A DNA stretch of 64,000 bases, from positions 143,948 through 207,947 of the forward strand of contig CDMY01000027.1 of assembly GCA_001179505.1 (NCBI GenBank). Direction: 5' to 3'. The notes under the pieces are model-generated. The model was not told where the DNA came from, did not search any database, and saw only the letters and a program-made list of their open reading frames with translations. How positions within the stretch are numbered: position 1 is the first letter of the stretch; every line of letters begins with the position of its first letter. The DNA comes from Vitrella brassicaformis CCMP3155. Its lineage: Eukaryota; Protista; Chromerida. A program made the position numbers and the translations under genes. Positions 11,301 through 24,865 of this stretch are shown here, one piece after another.

Positions 11301-14300
11301 CGAAATGGTCTTCGCCGTGTCTCTTGGCGAGCTCCTGGAAGATCGAGCGGATGGCAGCTGACTGGACAAAGGCTCGGGCGTAGGCGGCGGCATTCAGTCG
11401 GCGATTCTCCTCAGTTAGGTCGCGGCACATGTTGCGCCAGTACCGGCGCAGCACTTCGAGGAATCTCCCGCGATGCGTTTTGGCCTTGTTCAGCCTTTCC
11501 AGGTTATCAGCTCTGCAGAGGCACACACCCGACTCAAAACGAGCGTCTACCACGGTCCATTCTCTGCCTACTTACTTGTCGATCAGGGTTTGCAAGGTGC
11601 CATCCTTCTCCGTCAAGGCCCGGGACCACGCCTCTATTTGTCTGTCGGCCTCAGAGAGGGCGTCCTCCTTTGCCATGTAAAGCCGCTCGAGCTCGTCTCG
11701 GTCCATTACCGCCTGGTTGAAGTCAGCCATGCTGACTCGCTTAGATTCTCGGCGAATAAACTCCTGGATCTTCTGCTCCTTGACCTCAACAATGCCGCGC
11801 AGCCTGATGACGCAAGTCAATATCTCATGTACTTGATGCGTCCCGTACAGAGGATGGCCTTCACCTTTCAAGTTCATCTCGTAATCTGTTGAGTTCGTCT
11901 AGTGTTGCAAACTGGAGCTGCGCTTCGAGCGATGAGTCGTACCCACCGCCCTGTCTTAACCGTAGCTGCTCGAGCTAACACACACACACAGGATCGAAGA
12001 CAGTCACGCAGATTGAGAAATGAAAGTTTCTGTTGCACCTCTTCTTCTATCTGTTTGCGGCGCTGCTCCGAGTGCTCCTGCAGAGACAAGACGAGATATG
12101 GTGGCTGCCCGTCTTTCCTTTCTACTTGTGGCGAATCATGCCCGACCCAGAGATTGCGTGTGTCACTGAGGGCAGATTTTGCGTCATCCTGCGCCATCGT
12201 GAGCTCGTCTGAACACAGACACAATCTTGTATGTTCAGTGAACTTCGATCTGCCGCGTTGACTGACTTACGCAGTTTCTTGTTTGCCCTCCGTGCCCTGA
12301 ACCGCTCGACAATTCTCATGAAGGCATTGACCTGATTCAGCCGCTTCACCTGACGTAAGCAAAACACACGTATTCACACCCACTCAAGCCTCCTGCCAAT
12401 CGACCGATTTTCCTGCCTTGTCATAGTTGGTTTTCAGCCTATTGACGGTCAGCTCCTTTTCGTCCAGCCGTGACAGCAGCTGCTCCTCTTGGTGGCCTGA
12501 TGAATGATTCACACGAAGGAACATACCTGTGCAGGCAGCACGAATCGTGTCTCACTCAAGCCGCCTTCCTACCAAAAAGGTCCTCGTAATCGATCCGCCT
12601 CATCTCATCGCTGCTCGTGCCGGCACGCGAGAAACCACCGCTGCTCGCAACGCGCAAAGAGCCTGACAGGAGACACGACATCTCCGCTCACCCACATGCT
12701 GACCAGCCAGCGGCGTGTGTGAGTCATGTGTACGTCCGCTCTTGGGTCGATTTTTGGAGAAGAGTTCCTCTTCAAGCTCCTGGACACGACCGCTCAGACT
12801 CGTGATCTGGTCCTCCGCCTCGGATTGCTGGCCGCGCAGAGAGACAAGAGCCAGTGACATTGTTCTGTGGTCGACGCAAAGACTGAGCTTTTACGTTGAC
12901 TTGCAGGGTCCCAACTTTGGTCTCCGTTTCGGCGAGCGCCTTTTCCACTTCGACAAGGTCGTCCCGCAGCACCTCATTCTCCCGCTCTGTCTCAAAGAGC
13001 TCCTCGTAAATCTCCTCGTTCTCCGCCACGAGGGACTCCATCTTCTGCTGCAGCTTCTGGGCACCCTGGAAACACAAGTAAAGGCATCAGCGAAAGGAAA
13101 GTGGAGCAAGTGAGTCAGCGTACCTGGATGAGGAGGTCATTCTCTTTGATGAGGTCTTTGTTTTCCTTCTCCAGCTGCAGCATCCTATTCTCGAAGTCAA
13201 GGTTGGTCTCCTTCAGCAGCGCATGCCTGCCAGCACAAAGGAAGACCCGACCGATCGGTGAGCTCGCTCTGATACATGGACACATACCTCCTCTTTGTGG
13301 TGTGGCTGAGGCCCGATCTGAGCCTCTGGAGCTTCTTGTGCAGTTTCTTCTTTGTGCTCTCCGACAGCCCGCCAGTGGTCTGGGCGAACCTGGCCATGGA
13401 TGCAGCCATCGAGGGAGACACCCGGCTGAGCCGCCGGCCGTGATCGCCGAAGAGCCCAGCTTCCGAATGGAATGAGCAGTGGGACTCCTGATATGACAGG
13501 CCTCCCTGCCACGTGGGTGAGGCCTGACCCGACTGGTCGCTGCGATGCGACACAGGTGACAGCTGATCGGACACCTGGCTCAGCAGACGAGATGGACCCC
13601 GCGAGACAGTCCTCCCACGGTCAGCCCCATCCGCCATCGGCGAGGTCCCCGTGCTCTCGGGGATCGTCTCAATCGGCGCTGTGGTCGTGATCTCCATTAG
13701 GCCGGGCAACCTTGACTGTCTGCGCGACCCTCTGCTCGGTGACCGGCGCATGACACCCCCAAAGGCCTCCGATAGAGTCAGGCCCTCAGGTTCAACATGT
13801 GGCGTTTTGATGGACATCCGGCGAGCGGCAATGCTGATGAATGGCTGAGGGCCTGCATAGCCATCGGCCCCTTCAGGCGGAGGAGCCACAGACAGCCGAC
13901 GTGCCCTTGCCCTCGCAGCCGAAAGGGGCGTAATTCCAGGTTCCTCCGTCGTCGGCACAGCTGCTGTCTCGCCCCCTTCCTGACTGATCCGTCTCATCAC
14001 GGCCATCGACACCCGCCGCGCCCGCATACGGGCCATGGACAAGGCGTCGCTGGGCTGGTCCTCTCTGCCAGCCGTCTCATTATCTCCCTCTTGGCTCGGA
14101 GTCACCCTTCGCATGACAGACGTCCGCCTCACCACACTTGGAGATGCGCCCAGGCCGCCTGCAGTTGGAGACTCTTCCAGCAGATGGGGCGCCAGCGACG
14201 TGCGGCGAGAGGGAGAGATCCTGGTCTGCGTCTCGGCTTGCTGGGCCATCAGCCCTTGGAAGAAATCGACGGCCATCGACACGCGCCTGCCCGTGTCGCG

Positions 14301-14705
14301 AGCCGGTGAGACAGGCAGGTGTTGTGAGGGAGAGGGCTCGGTGACTGGCTCCGTGACGGTCACAGCCGTATGCGTGGGGGAGGTGTCCTGCCCCTCCTCC
14401 TCGAGTGTTGTGGAAAGCTGCTGGGGCGGGCGGGACTTGGACGTGTCGCTTTGAAGGCTGGCAGCGCTGCCCCCGGCCGACTCCCGGAAGCGCACGCTTC
14501 TGCTTTTGCCCATTTCATGCCTTCTCCTTCGCGCGGCCTTGCTACCAGCTCCCTTGGCTGTGAGGTAGTGTTGAGACGGCCCCGAGATGCTGCCGGTGCT
14601 GACAGCGATGAGGACACGCGTGTCCTCCTCCCCCTCCTCGGCCGAAGAGATCTTGACGTCAGAGACGTCCTCCCAGTCACTCGAATGATCAGAGTCCGTC
14701 TCCAT
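5335..14705 (-). CDS. Giant coiled-coil protein (myosin-tail/SMC-like heptads) with disordered Ser/Arg-rich N-terminus
   Basis: ATG 14705 (METDSD). Long ORFs 13197-14738, 8908-11553, 6836-9256, 6095-6811 and 5537-6055 join through GT-AG introns (one GC-AG, 12865-12904). Final exon SLMTQEARRLESFNTLNDRVEQIHQRLRCHREALQNITTLDEEDDD* (TGA 5335-5337). E/K/A/L-rich heptads; no motor domain seen. Confidence 0.85.
8438..9822 (-). repeat. Internal duplication of about 118 aa within the coiled-coil gene (copies ~9469-9822 and ~8438-8790)
   Basis: KKTIEGLEHQRQEAA...DLKQKL(A/T)EGSAALASADEEYNRRLEEG(A/T)AALTEARDKIERLEKEKAEA in both copies. Confidence 0.9.
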
Positions 14706-15024
14706 TGCACTATGGTGCGCTACCTGATCATGTGACACAGGGGGAATAGTTGTCTTCCGTCTCGGAGCCCCATGTACTCACCTTCGCTTATCTGCCGCTT
14801 CTGCGGCCCTTCATGTCCGTGGGTTTGCTTGATAGTTCGCTCCTTGTACTCATCACACTCGAGATTCGACGTCGAAGTTCGCGTGCCCCCCCAGAAGACG
14901 CCCCCACCCCTTGCAGTAAAGCTCGCAGACCGGTCGCAGACGGAAGCCACATCAAAGTTGAGAGGTGAGGGTGTAAAACACCCACCGGGGGGCTGCGAGT
15001 CAGCAGTTCGAGAGAGATCTTGAG

Positions 15025-18000
15025 ATGGCTCGTTGTGTGGAGGCTGTGAAGGCGTGGGAAGTCAAGTCAGGCCTCCGCTTCCCGCATGAAAAGATGGAGG
15101 AGGAGTTCGTACTGTGGCAGGTCAGTCAGAAGGGGCAAGCAACAATGAGGCCGACAGGGGCAACTTCAACGCTGATTGGTGCCTGTGTGACTGTCTGTCT
15201 GCAGGTGTTTGAGGGGCTTGCCTTTTATCGATTATGCCTTTGGGTCACTCTGGTGGCCTGCGCCATCGGTTTCTTCAGGCAGGCTGCGCAGACGGCTTTT
15301 CGGTTTTGGGATATCCACAACCTCGTGTGGCTGGCGTGTTCCGCTGGGAGGTGCTGTTTTCAATGGTGGGTGGCCCGCAGTGTGTCCTTGTGCATGAAGA
15401 CGCAGGACGCGGCCAGCTTGCGCATCATTCGCCGAGTGCTGCTATTGATGGTTGTCTTTGCGGCTCTCAACCAAGTGGTGGGAGCCAACGATTTGGTCCG
15501 GCGATTTGTCAACATGTACTCATTCAGTACACCGATGGGCGTGTCCTTCCCTGTCGCGACGTCGCTGCTCGTGCTGTCCGCTCCTGGTGAGCATGATGAC
15601 AAACACATGATAGGGCAGTGAGTGGGTGGGACACACACGTACGTGTGTACGTGTGTGTGGGTCCCTGGTGCTCTGGTGGTGCACTCACTCAGGTCTCTTC
15701 TTTCTGGAGCGCATCTTTCTGTTCACGTGTGCGACTGCTTTGCACATGGTGCTGGGCCTGCTGATGCTGCATGGGTCTCCGACGACGGACTACGGCGTGG
15801 GAGGCGCAGCCGGCTACTCTCTCGTGACCCTAGTTAGTCTGCTCTTCGCCCCAAGTGAGTGAGTGAGTGAGTGAGTGAAGGATACGAAAGGACGATGCGT
15901 GCGTCTTTGCAGCCGTCTTCTACTCCTGGTTTCACCACGAGCGGCTGCAGCGCATTGTGTGGGAAAAGCAGTCGAGCTCCCAAAGCCACTTGGTTGGCAT
16001 ATCGCACGACGCTTACGCGACCGACTTCCCGCTTTCTGTATCTGTGCCCATCTCAGCGTCAGCTCTCAGACGTCACAAACGACCTCGTCTGCGAGGTAGA
16101 CGATCAGGGCCACATTCTCTACGCCTCCCCTAACTTCGAGAGCGTCCTCGGGCCGTCAGGCGGCGCGGGCGGCACCAAGACAGGCGAGAGAGACGGGCTT
16201 GTCACGAAGGAGGGGCCGTTGCGGTCCACTGACGGCGAGAGCAGCAGCTACATCGGCACCAGGCTCGTGGATCTCATTCTGGAGGAAGACAGGCACTTGT
16301 ACGAGGGATGCTTCCGCAATGCAGACTGCAAAGAGGACACAGGTGGGTAGGTGCATTGGTCCACAACAGACACCGCAGCACGTTGGTTCCGTCCATGCGT
16401 GTATGTGTCACGGGTTGCCTTCAGGTAGCGATAGCACGCATGACGGGACCAGCGAGACTCTCAGCAACACGAGCCGATCCCCCAGCTGCAATACCCCACA
16501 ACCTCCAGGCGTCAGCGGCGCTTCATCGTCCTTCTCGTTCAACTCCCACCTCGGGCAGCGGCTGACCAAGGACACCTGCAGTGCCGGCCCGCGGACTGTC
16601 TTCAGCCGGGTATCCAGTGCCGAGGAGGGCGGTGGAAGGTGGAGGTGCTGCATCCTACGCCTGAAGAGGCAGCGAGATGGCCACGAAGAGCCCTCCTACC
16701 TATCCTGCGAGCTCTATGTGGCCGCGCAGCTGGCGGACTCCCAGTCATCATCCCGCCGCTTCATCTGTGCGATGCGGGACGTCACTGAGGTGCAGCGGAC
16801 CATGGCCAAATTGTCCTCTCTTCTGGAGGGGTGCGCTCAGCAGATGGACCTGTCCATATGGGGAATGGACACTCGCACAATGAAGGCAGTAGAGACCCAG
16901 CACCGCACATGCGGCGGGCTGCACACCCAGCAGCACCAGCCGGCCTCCAGCACCCAATCTACCTGCTGCCAGCAGCCAGTCCCCCAACAGCAGCAGCAGC
17001 AAGACCAGCCGTCCCCCCCTCCCGAGTCGCTTGTGCCCCAAGCAGGAGATGCCGATGGTGGATCTTGCTATTCGTCATCGGACAGCCGCGCTCACACCAC
17101 CGACCCACACAGCACCGACAGCACATCCACCAGCCACCACTTATCATCGCAGGACAACAGCCATGGCAATGGCCTCGCCATCCATCGTCTGACCACAGAT
17201 GACATCAAGGCCTGTGGGAAGGCGCCTGTGCGGCTGGCGAGTTCTGGAGTGAGTGGGTCCTTCTCGCCCACCTGCTCGCCCACCGATCCCGCGTGGATGC
17301 AAAGTCTTAAGGAGCCGGAGAGGGAAAAGATGGAGGCGGCCATGCGCGATTTGCTGGAGGGGGGGAAGTCCTTCCAACAGGAGGTGCAGTACGAGCAGGC
17401 CGACGGGGCGATCAAGTGGCTGAAGGTCGCAGGCCGGCTCGCCAACGGTGTCCCTGACTTAGTATGGGGTTTCGTAATGGATATCACTGTGTAAGCATAC
17501 ACCAGGATCACATATCACCCACTCATCCATCGCTTTTGTGTGTGCGCGCGCCACAGAGAGCGTTTACGTGAGAGTGAGACCGGTTCTCGGGCCGAGAAGC
17601 TGCAGTGGCTGGCGGATGCCTCCTTTGACGGCTGGGGGGTCGCCGAAGTAATGGACTCCAAGTGAGGACGAGACGAAATGGCTGACAGAGGCACGGCAGC
17701 GTGCAACCGACTTTTGCACCTCTGTCTGCTCCCAGGTTGATATTGGAGAGCTCACCAAGGCTGAATATCCTTTACGGAGCGTCCCTCGAGGTACGTGAGA
17801 CAGACCAGCAATCGATGCTCTAAGGACCGACCAACCACCGATGACGATTGCAATGTCTCGTGATAATGATGATTTCAGGGCTGTCGTGTGGAGACGATCC
17901 TGCCCGTGGACGTGCTTCAGACGATCATGCAGAGGGGATCATGCAAGGACGTCCTCATTACTGTAGGTCACCTCGGCCAGCCAGCGGCACTCACTCATCT

Positions 18001-19195
18001 GACCGACACGGACACATGTGATCTCTCTGTGTGTGCGCGTTCCCTCCATGGCAGATCCATCCGCAGAAGTTCGTCGCCCGTCCGCCTCAGTATGTCTTCT
18101 GCTCGGCCGTCCAGGACCCGCTGGACCCAGCTATGGTGCTCTTCGCCCTCCGCGACGCCCCATACATCGAGCAGCCGCCCACCGATCCACCCACCGACAA
18201 CACAGACGACCACCCGGGCGACCTTTGTCGGTCGTCCTTCACGGGCCTCTGCGAGTCGCACATCCCGCAGCACAAGTCTTCCTTCCCCCCTCAGTACTGC
18301 GCGGCGAGAGACTGCTACAACGGCGACGATGAGAGCAGCGTCAGCGTCAGCGTCAATCGGCCTGCCTACGAGATGGCGGTGAGGCGAGCCATGGAGTGGT
18401 CCTCAGACGGGCCTGCATGCCCACCACCGCCGTCAAGAGCGCCCTGTGAAGCGATGGCGAGCAACGGAGAGGGGAAAAGGGAGGCGGAGAGCATATGGGA
18501 GGCGGAATCGGAAAGTGTTGACGATGAGTACCAGCTGCTGAAGCAGCAAGTGCTATCCAGCTTGCCTCGTGGGGCCAGCCCCCGGGCCAACGAGACGGAG
18601 CCACACCCTCCAATGAGCATGAAGTCCAACATGAGAAGAGAGGCGCCACCGACCACGGGGACAGAAGACGGCCTCAGGCGGCGAGTGCGGCCCAGGAGCG
18701 ATGCGTCCTTGGACGCCCATTCCGTGCCCTCGTCCACCAAGTCTGATGACGGCCCCGTGGCAAGGCCTGACCACACCGCCCCCCTGACCACCCGTACGAG
18801 GATCGTGCGTCCGTCCTCTCCCCCCCTGTCGGCACCATCTGAGCTGCGAGCCGACGACGACGACGCTCATGGGAAGGATGATGGGGGGAGCAAAGGGAGT
18901 GGTGGGAACGGCAATGGCTCGTCGCAATGGGGGCAGAGGGGGGCCGTTGTCACGCAGAGAAGGTATGTTGCGCACACAGGCAGACAGACAGACAGACAGA
19001 CAAAAAGTGTGTGTACATGTGGCTATCTGCCTGTCTGCCTGTCTGCTTGTCTGTGCGTGCAGGCGTGTGTCTCATTCGTGGGCTGGTGGCGGCTCGACAA
19101 TGCAACGGCGCTTGCCGCCGATACAAGAGGAAGACACTCACCACCAGAACCACCACCAGCAGCACAGTGCTGCTCCAGACAGAGAGGAAAGGTGA
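15025..19195 (+). CDS. Multi-pass membrane protein with three PAS/PAC-like domains and a long disordered tail
   Basis: Hydrophobic exons 15206-15860; PAS NDLVCEVDDQGHILYASPNFESVLG...RLVDLILEEDRHLY...RRFICAMRDVT; PAS_3 WMQSLKEPEREKMEAAMRDLLEGGKSFQQEVQYEQADGAIKWLKVAGR...VWGFVMDIT; third LQWLADASFDGWGV...VLFALRD; stop TGA 19193-19195. Confidence 0.75.
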
Positions 19196-20101
19196 CCGCG
19201 GTGGTCAGGTCTTGCATCCTCCGTGCATGTGTAGATGATGTGTAGGTGACTTAGTATGGTTCAGATTTCATTGATTTCATGTTGCGTCACTCTTTGAAGG
19301 TTTTGCGGCTGCGCGTTGTGGGCATTTTGATGTTCCCTTCATAAGAGAGACAGACAGACAGACAGACATGGGGATATACTGCAGTTCTCCCCGTGACCCC
19401 CTCAGTACGTACGTACTCTTTTTCCCTTTCAATGTCGTCGTGTGTCGTATCCAGCGCATGACATCATATGTGCATTTATCGATAGACGTCTTCGCCTGCG
19501 CTGCCTTTTTCCGGCGTTTGTGCATGCAGAAGAAGTTTGTATCATGCCTATGTCAGTATTGCGCGTGTCTTCCACTCATGCCAGTAGGGAGGAAGTCGAT
19601 ACGACTGCCTGATCAACACGGAGGCCGACAGACAGACGGTCATGAAGAGACAGGCGTTTTTGCGTTTGACTGCTGGCTTGGTGCGTCGAGAACGTTACCC
19701 GCCGTGACCGACGGCTGCATGGGTCACGACGACATGACGTGCACATGCAGTCGTGCGAGAGTGAGACATCGCAGTCGTCTGTGACATGAAACGCACTGAG
19801 TCACAAACCGATCACAACCATTGTCAGTACCTCCAGACGATTTCATTCCGTCTTTATTTGGATCTTGCGTCGCAGAAAACAGAGAAACAGTGTGATGTTT
19901 CTCGTGTAAGCAATTTGTGAACCTCATGCAGGGTTTGAGTGCAGGGTTCAGTCTTAAGCTCGCACATCCGAATTAGTCAAGTTTCCCTTTCCTTCCTTCC
20001 CTTCCCTTTCCTTTCCTTCCTCTCTCCCTCCTCCCAGGATCCCCTCGGGGTTACAGACACGAGTCTCGTTAAACACACTAACCAACCAACCTCCCCTCTA
20101 G

Positions 20102-21252
20102 ATGGCGTCCAAGCCAGTCGTCGGTGTGTGTGCGACCTGCGGCTGCCCCGCGAAGCAATGGTGTTCCAAGTGCAACTCCATTTATTTCTGTGGCAAAGAC
20201 TGTCAAGTAAGCGCCTCATATACGGCACATACAGCCCTTCTCATTGTCCCCATTTGTGTCGCCCGTCAGCGTCAGGCGTGGCCGGAACACAAAAAGCTCT
20301 GCGCTGCGCTTCAAGAGGAGTATCTCAAGACTCACCCGCCCAAGAAACAGCAGGAAGGGACGAAGCAGCCGCAGCAGAAGCCACAGAAGCGACAGCAGGA
20401 CGTGAACCTTAGAAGCAAGTGGTGGCGTCTGCGGTACGTGTGACATTGTGTGACATAGTATGTGTGACTCATTGACTTCCCTCCTTGCTTCATCACTCAG
20501 GGCAGGCGCATATCGCACCAAAGAGGAGTTGCTGCAGCTGATGGAGCCGTTTGATTTGCCAGAGGGCCTGTCAGAGCACGAGGAGAACGCACGCATCAAG
20601 AGAATGTTTGGTCTATGTGACATTCAAGAGACACTCAAATTCTATCCCCCCCAGGGCGATAACTGGTAACACTATGCCTGGCATATGGAATAGCTCTCAG
20701 AGCAGAATGTGGATGCACTGCACTTGCAGGTACCACTATGGCCTTGCCGACCCGACGAATCGCTCCGGACCTGTGAATCAGGTGGCCTCTCGTACCACCC
20801 ATCGGAACTTGGCCAGACCCATCCATGGAGATGTGTTCATCGTGTGAGCAGCAAGAGGGAGGGGCAGGGAGAGCAGTGTACGACACATGCATACACCATT
20901 TCCATGTGTCTGTTTTCGCTGCAGTAAGAGCGGGCCAACTTGGACGGGCCACTTCCCAGGTATCTCCTCGTGTGCTTGAAAGCGGTGACGCATCTTCATC
21001 CGACTGTTGTCCTGTGTGCAGGCTCGTGGGAGGCGGAGCCACTGCTGAAGAAAGGCGACCTTGCCGATGCCATAATGTGGTATGAGACCCAGGACGGGCA
21101 CCAGACATTTGTCCAGCGGGAACACTCGGTGAGTGAGTGATGACACATCAGCCAGCAAAAGATGTGCGTGATCTTTGTCTACTTGTCTGCAGCGGGCGTG
21201 CAGGCGTTTCGGTGTGAACGTGCCGCCCGACGTCTTCACTGTGCTGGCATAG
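20102..21252 (+). CDS. MYND-type zinc-finger protein
   Basis: CATCGCPAKQWCSKCNSIYFCGKDCQ|RQAWPEHKKLC (zf-MYND); in-phase exons to ...VPPDVFTVLA* (TAG 21250-21252). Confidence 0.85.
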
Positions 21253-21511
21253 CGGTCAAGATACGCAGAGCACAGTTGCCGTGCGTGTCCCTGGTCGCGT
21301 GTGGTCCTTTTCTGTACTTATGTCTTTCTCGTCTTTCGTCCGTAGCTGCTTTTTCATGAGTAAACGTGTGATGCGATCCTGTGGATGTAGAAAAGCAGCG
21401 AGAATTCGAGCAGTCGTGACTGAGACTGGGGGCGCATGCATGCGGTGTGTGGGTTGAAACGTGTACGTACTCGTCCGGCCTCCCATCAGCCAGCTCTTCT
21501 TTCCGCCACGT

Positions 21512-24450
21512 ATGTACGGCAGCTGTCCCTCCATCGCCAATCAGGTGTTTGGAAGCGGTGTTCCGCGCCTCCCAACGAGCGCCGCAGCCCCTTCAGAGCC
21601 GGAGACCTTTGATGCCATCATCCGCTCGGCAGAGTCTAATATCCGCTTCGTCAGCCAGCCGATGGACCCTCCCGTGATCCCTCTGGGTGGCGATTCACGG
21701 CTTCTGCTGACAGAGCTGAGAGGAGGGCGACCCTTTTTTGTCTCGCCCGTCAGCAGTCGCCACTATCAGACAGCACGCTCGCCGCCCTCCCCTCCCCCGC
21801 ACGCGCATCAAGACGAGCAGGCGAAGGGCTCCGCTGGACAACATGCTTTCTTGACGGCGAGGGACGGCAGTGAAGGTGGACCGACGCCTCGTATGCCTCA
21901 TCCAGCGACAGTGTCTGGTCAGGGAGCCTCGGGGGAGACGGGAAGCGTAGATCTCGTCACTGTCGCGGCCAATGCCGTTGCCCTGCAACACCAGTACGCT
22001 GAGCTGGCCTCTCATCTGCAAGACATGAATCAAAACTACGCCGAGGTGAGACAGGAACTGTTGGGGCGGCTGGAGACGACCCAGCTGGAGCAGGAAAAGC
22101 AAATGCACCGAATGGAGGACAATATGACGGAGAAACTAGAGAACCTCAAAAGTGAAGACACAGAGACAACAAGCAACCCACGCACGGGATGGATGGGGTG
22201 CACGATGTCTCTGTGCGTGATGCAGGTGAGCTGGTTGGCGTGCTGAAGCTGTTGAAGGACACCATGGATGGAAAGGGCCGCAAGATGGATGACCAGCTAG
22301 CTCTCGTGCGACAGCAAATCACCGACCTCGACCTGCGCCTCTCATCCCTCAATGAGAAATGCGCGCGCCAAGCCTCTGACATCCACACAGTCCGTGACGA
22401 CGTGCGGTCTCTCACGGCGGCCGTCGACGGCAAGATCAAGAAGATTGTAGACGAATTGACGGATCTCTTGTACAAGAAGGTGGACGCACTCGAGACCAAG
22501 CAACGGGAGCTCTCTGCAGACTTGCAGGTAGCGAAAGAACATATCACTGTTTGTGTCTGTGTCTCTTCTCATTCATGTGTCTCTGAGGTGCAGGAGCGTC
22601 AATCGAAAGCGCTGTTGGAGGTGGCTGAGGACCATGCAAAGCTGATCCGGCTGATGGGCGAGAAGGAGGACAGCTTCAAGAACCAGCTGAGCGACACACA
22701 GAAGGGCCTCAAGACCACACCAGTCATCCGAGACATCGAGCGCACCATCGAAGGCTGTACGGCGCGGCTGGCTGTCTGTGAGGCGTCGATCGATGAAATG
22801 GAGAAAGAGAAGCTCGCCGACAGTGGAGGAGTGTCGACGGCTGACCTCTCTTCGCTCCGCGCGGCGCTATCGCACGAGATCGCAGCTCAGAACCAGGCTT
22901 TGCGGGAAGAGATGTACAACATCCTCTATGCCTTGTTTCAGCGACAGCCCGGACCATCCGGGCTCACATACCCCGAGCCGCCCCCGCTGCCTCTTGACGG
23001 CAGCCTCAGCGAGCGTGGGCAGAAATCGCAGCACAGCGAGCAGTGGGCCAGGTTTGCCGAAGCGTTCCTCAAGGCGGCCAGTGAGAGACAGCCGAAAACC
23101 GGTGCCGGAGCGAACGCCCTCTTCAGCGAAGACAAGGAGCCAGAAGCTCGAGGACGGTCGCCTGTATCCCTCTCTCCGTCACGCTCGCCTGCCCCATGCC
23201 CCTTGTCCCCCATCTACTGCGCCCGCGAGCGCGACCCGTTCCTCATCTACGAGAACCACATCGCCCGACTCAACTCGACCCTTTTTGATTTGCAGCACCG
23301 CTTCGACCACCAGACAGACCTACTCGAGAAGCTTGTGAAGGCCACACCAAGGGCTTCACCCCCACAGCCGCCGCCAGCCGTTGGCGGGGACGGCATGACG
23401 GTGGTGCGCCTGCCGCCGCGCGTCTTCCCCTCCGCTTCCAGCGATTTCGACTTCATCATTCCTGACGGCAAAAGCAAAAGCGGCAGGCACATCATGGCCA
23501 AACCCAAACCGATGGCGGGAAAGACACAGCAGGAAGGGGAAAAGGTTCCCACGACGATCAAGGAGGAGAGCGAGAAGGAGAGAGAGGAAAAGGTCAAGGA
23601 AGAGAAGAAAGCACCCCCACCTGTGCTGCATGAAGACCTCATCGCACCAGCACCAGCACCAGCAGCACCAGCAGCAAACAAGGAAGAAGCCCTGCCGCCC
23701 ACACCATCATTTGAGGCAGCGGCAAAGGAAGAGACCCCTCCAGCCCCTCACCACGAAGATCACGACATGGTGTCTCACCGGTCAAAGGAGAGCGGCCTTG
23801 AGGACGTGCTTGACCTCATTCGTCAGTCGGAGCAGGCTGACAACAAAGACAAAGAGAAGGCCAGCGAGAGCAGCTGGGACGACTCGCCCGCGGCGGCAGT
23901 GAGGGAGCCGCAGACCAAGAAGGAGACACAAGAGGAGACACAGGCTCCCCCACCCAAGCCGAAGCCGTTTGAGCCGCCCCCTCCTGTGTCGCAGACACAC
24001 GACGAGAAGGCCCCTTCGCACAAAGATGACATCGACCTTGACGACGATGAGCGGCCGGATGTCTTCATGTCCATGAGGAAGGACGACATTCCCTCCCCAA
24101 CCATCCCCAAAGCAGCCGAGCCCAAGGCGAAGACGAAGGCTTCACCAGCAGCAGCCGCGGCAGAGGAAGATGATGATTCTGACATCGATATGCCGATCGA
24201 TGACCTCTACACGCCACCAGCCCCCGCACCGGCACCCAAGAGAGAGCCACTGCCGCCCCTCGGAGGCAGGCCGGCAGGCACATTGCCCCCCCTCACCGGC
24301 GCTGGTGCACGGCCCAAGGGTGGTGAGGCGGAGGCACGAGAGACCCGCGACTTCCTGAAGAGCCTGTACGACAACGACAAGAAGGACGACTACGGGGATG
24401 ACACAGACGAGGATGAGGACGACACGTGGGGGGTCAGTGAGGGCAAGTGA
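21512..24450 (+). CDS. Hypothetical coiled-coil protein with acidic/Pro-rich C-terminus
   Basis: ORFs 21461-22246 and 22189-24450 joined by a GT-AG intron (ENLKS|GELVGVLKLL); heptads QQITDLDLRLSSLNEK... Confidence 0.75.
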
Positions 24451-24865
24451 GTGAGTGGGTGAGCGAGTGAATGGCGGACTCGGGCATGGGCATGAGTACA
24501 ATGCAATGGAGCCTCATTGAAGGCAGGTGTGCGTCGGCAGAATGGGTTTCGTCACATCTGAATGTACGCAGCATTGATTGTGTCGTAGAAGTCTCATCAC
24601 GGGTCCATGAGTGCACCACCAGCCCTTTCGCCCAAGAGCTCAACAGAGACTCCCGCACGCACATGTACAGAAGTTTAGCTCTGTTGGGTGTCGGCATGGC
24701 ATGAGAGGGGAGAGAGAAGACATGCACACATTCAACCGTCACACCAGCACTGACGTATGCTTGCATACAGACAGATAGACAGGCCCGACCCACCAAAGAG
24801 AGGTGCACCACGATCACACATCGCGGCTGCAGACACCAGCCAGCTGTCACGCTCCCGGCTGCTCA

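Noticed and set aside
6429-11383. Plus-strand ORFs opposite the coiled-coil gene
   Set aside because: Antisense shadows (Leu/Ser-rich complement of Glu/Lys codons)
5335-14705. Myosin, kinesin or SMC assignment for the giant coiled coil
   Set aside because: No P-loop, motor or hinge motifs in any exon; only generic heptads
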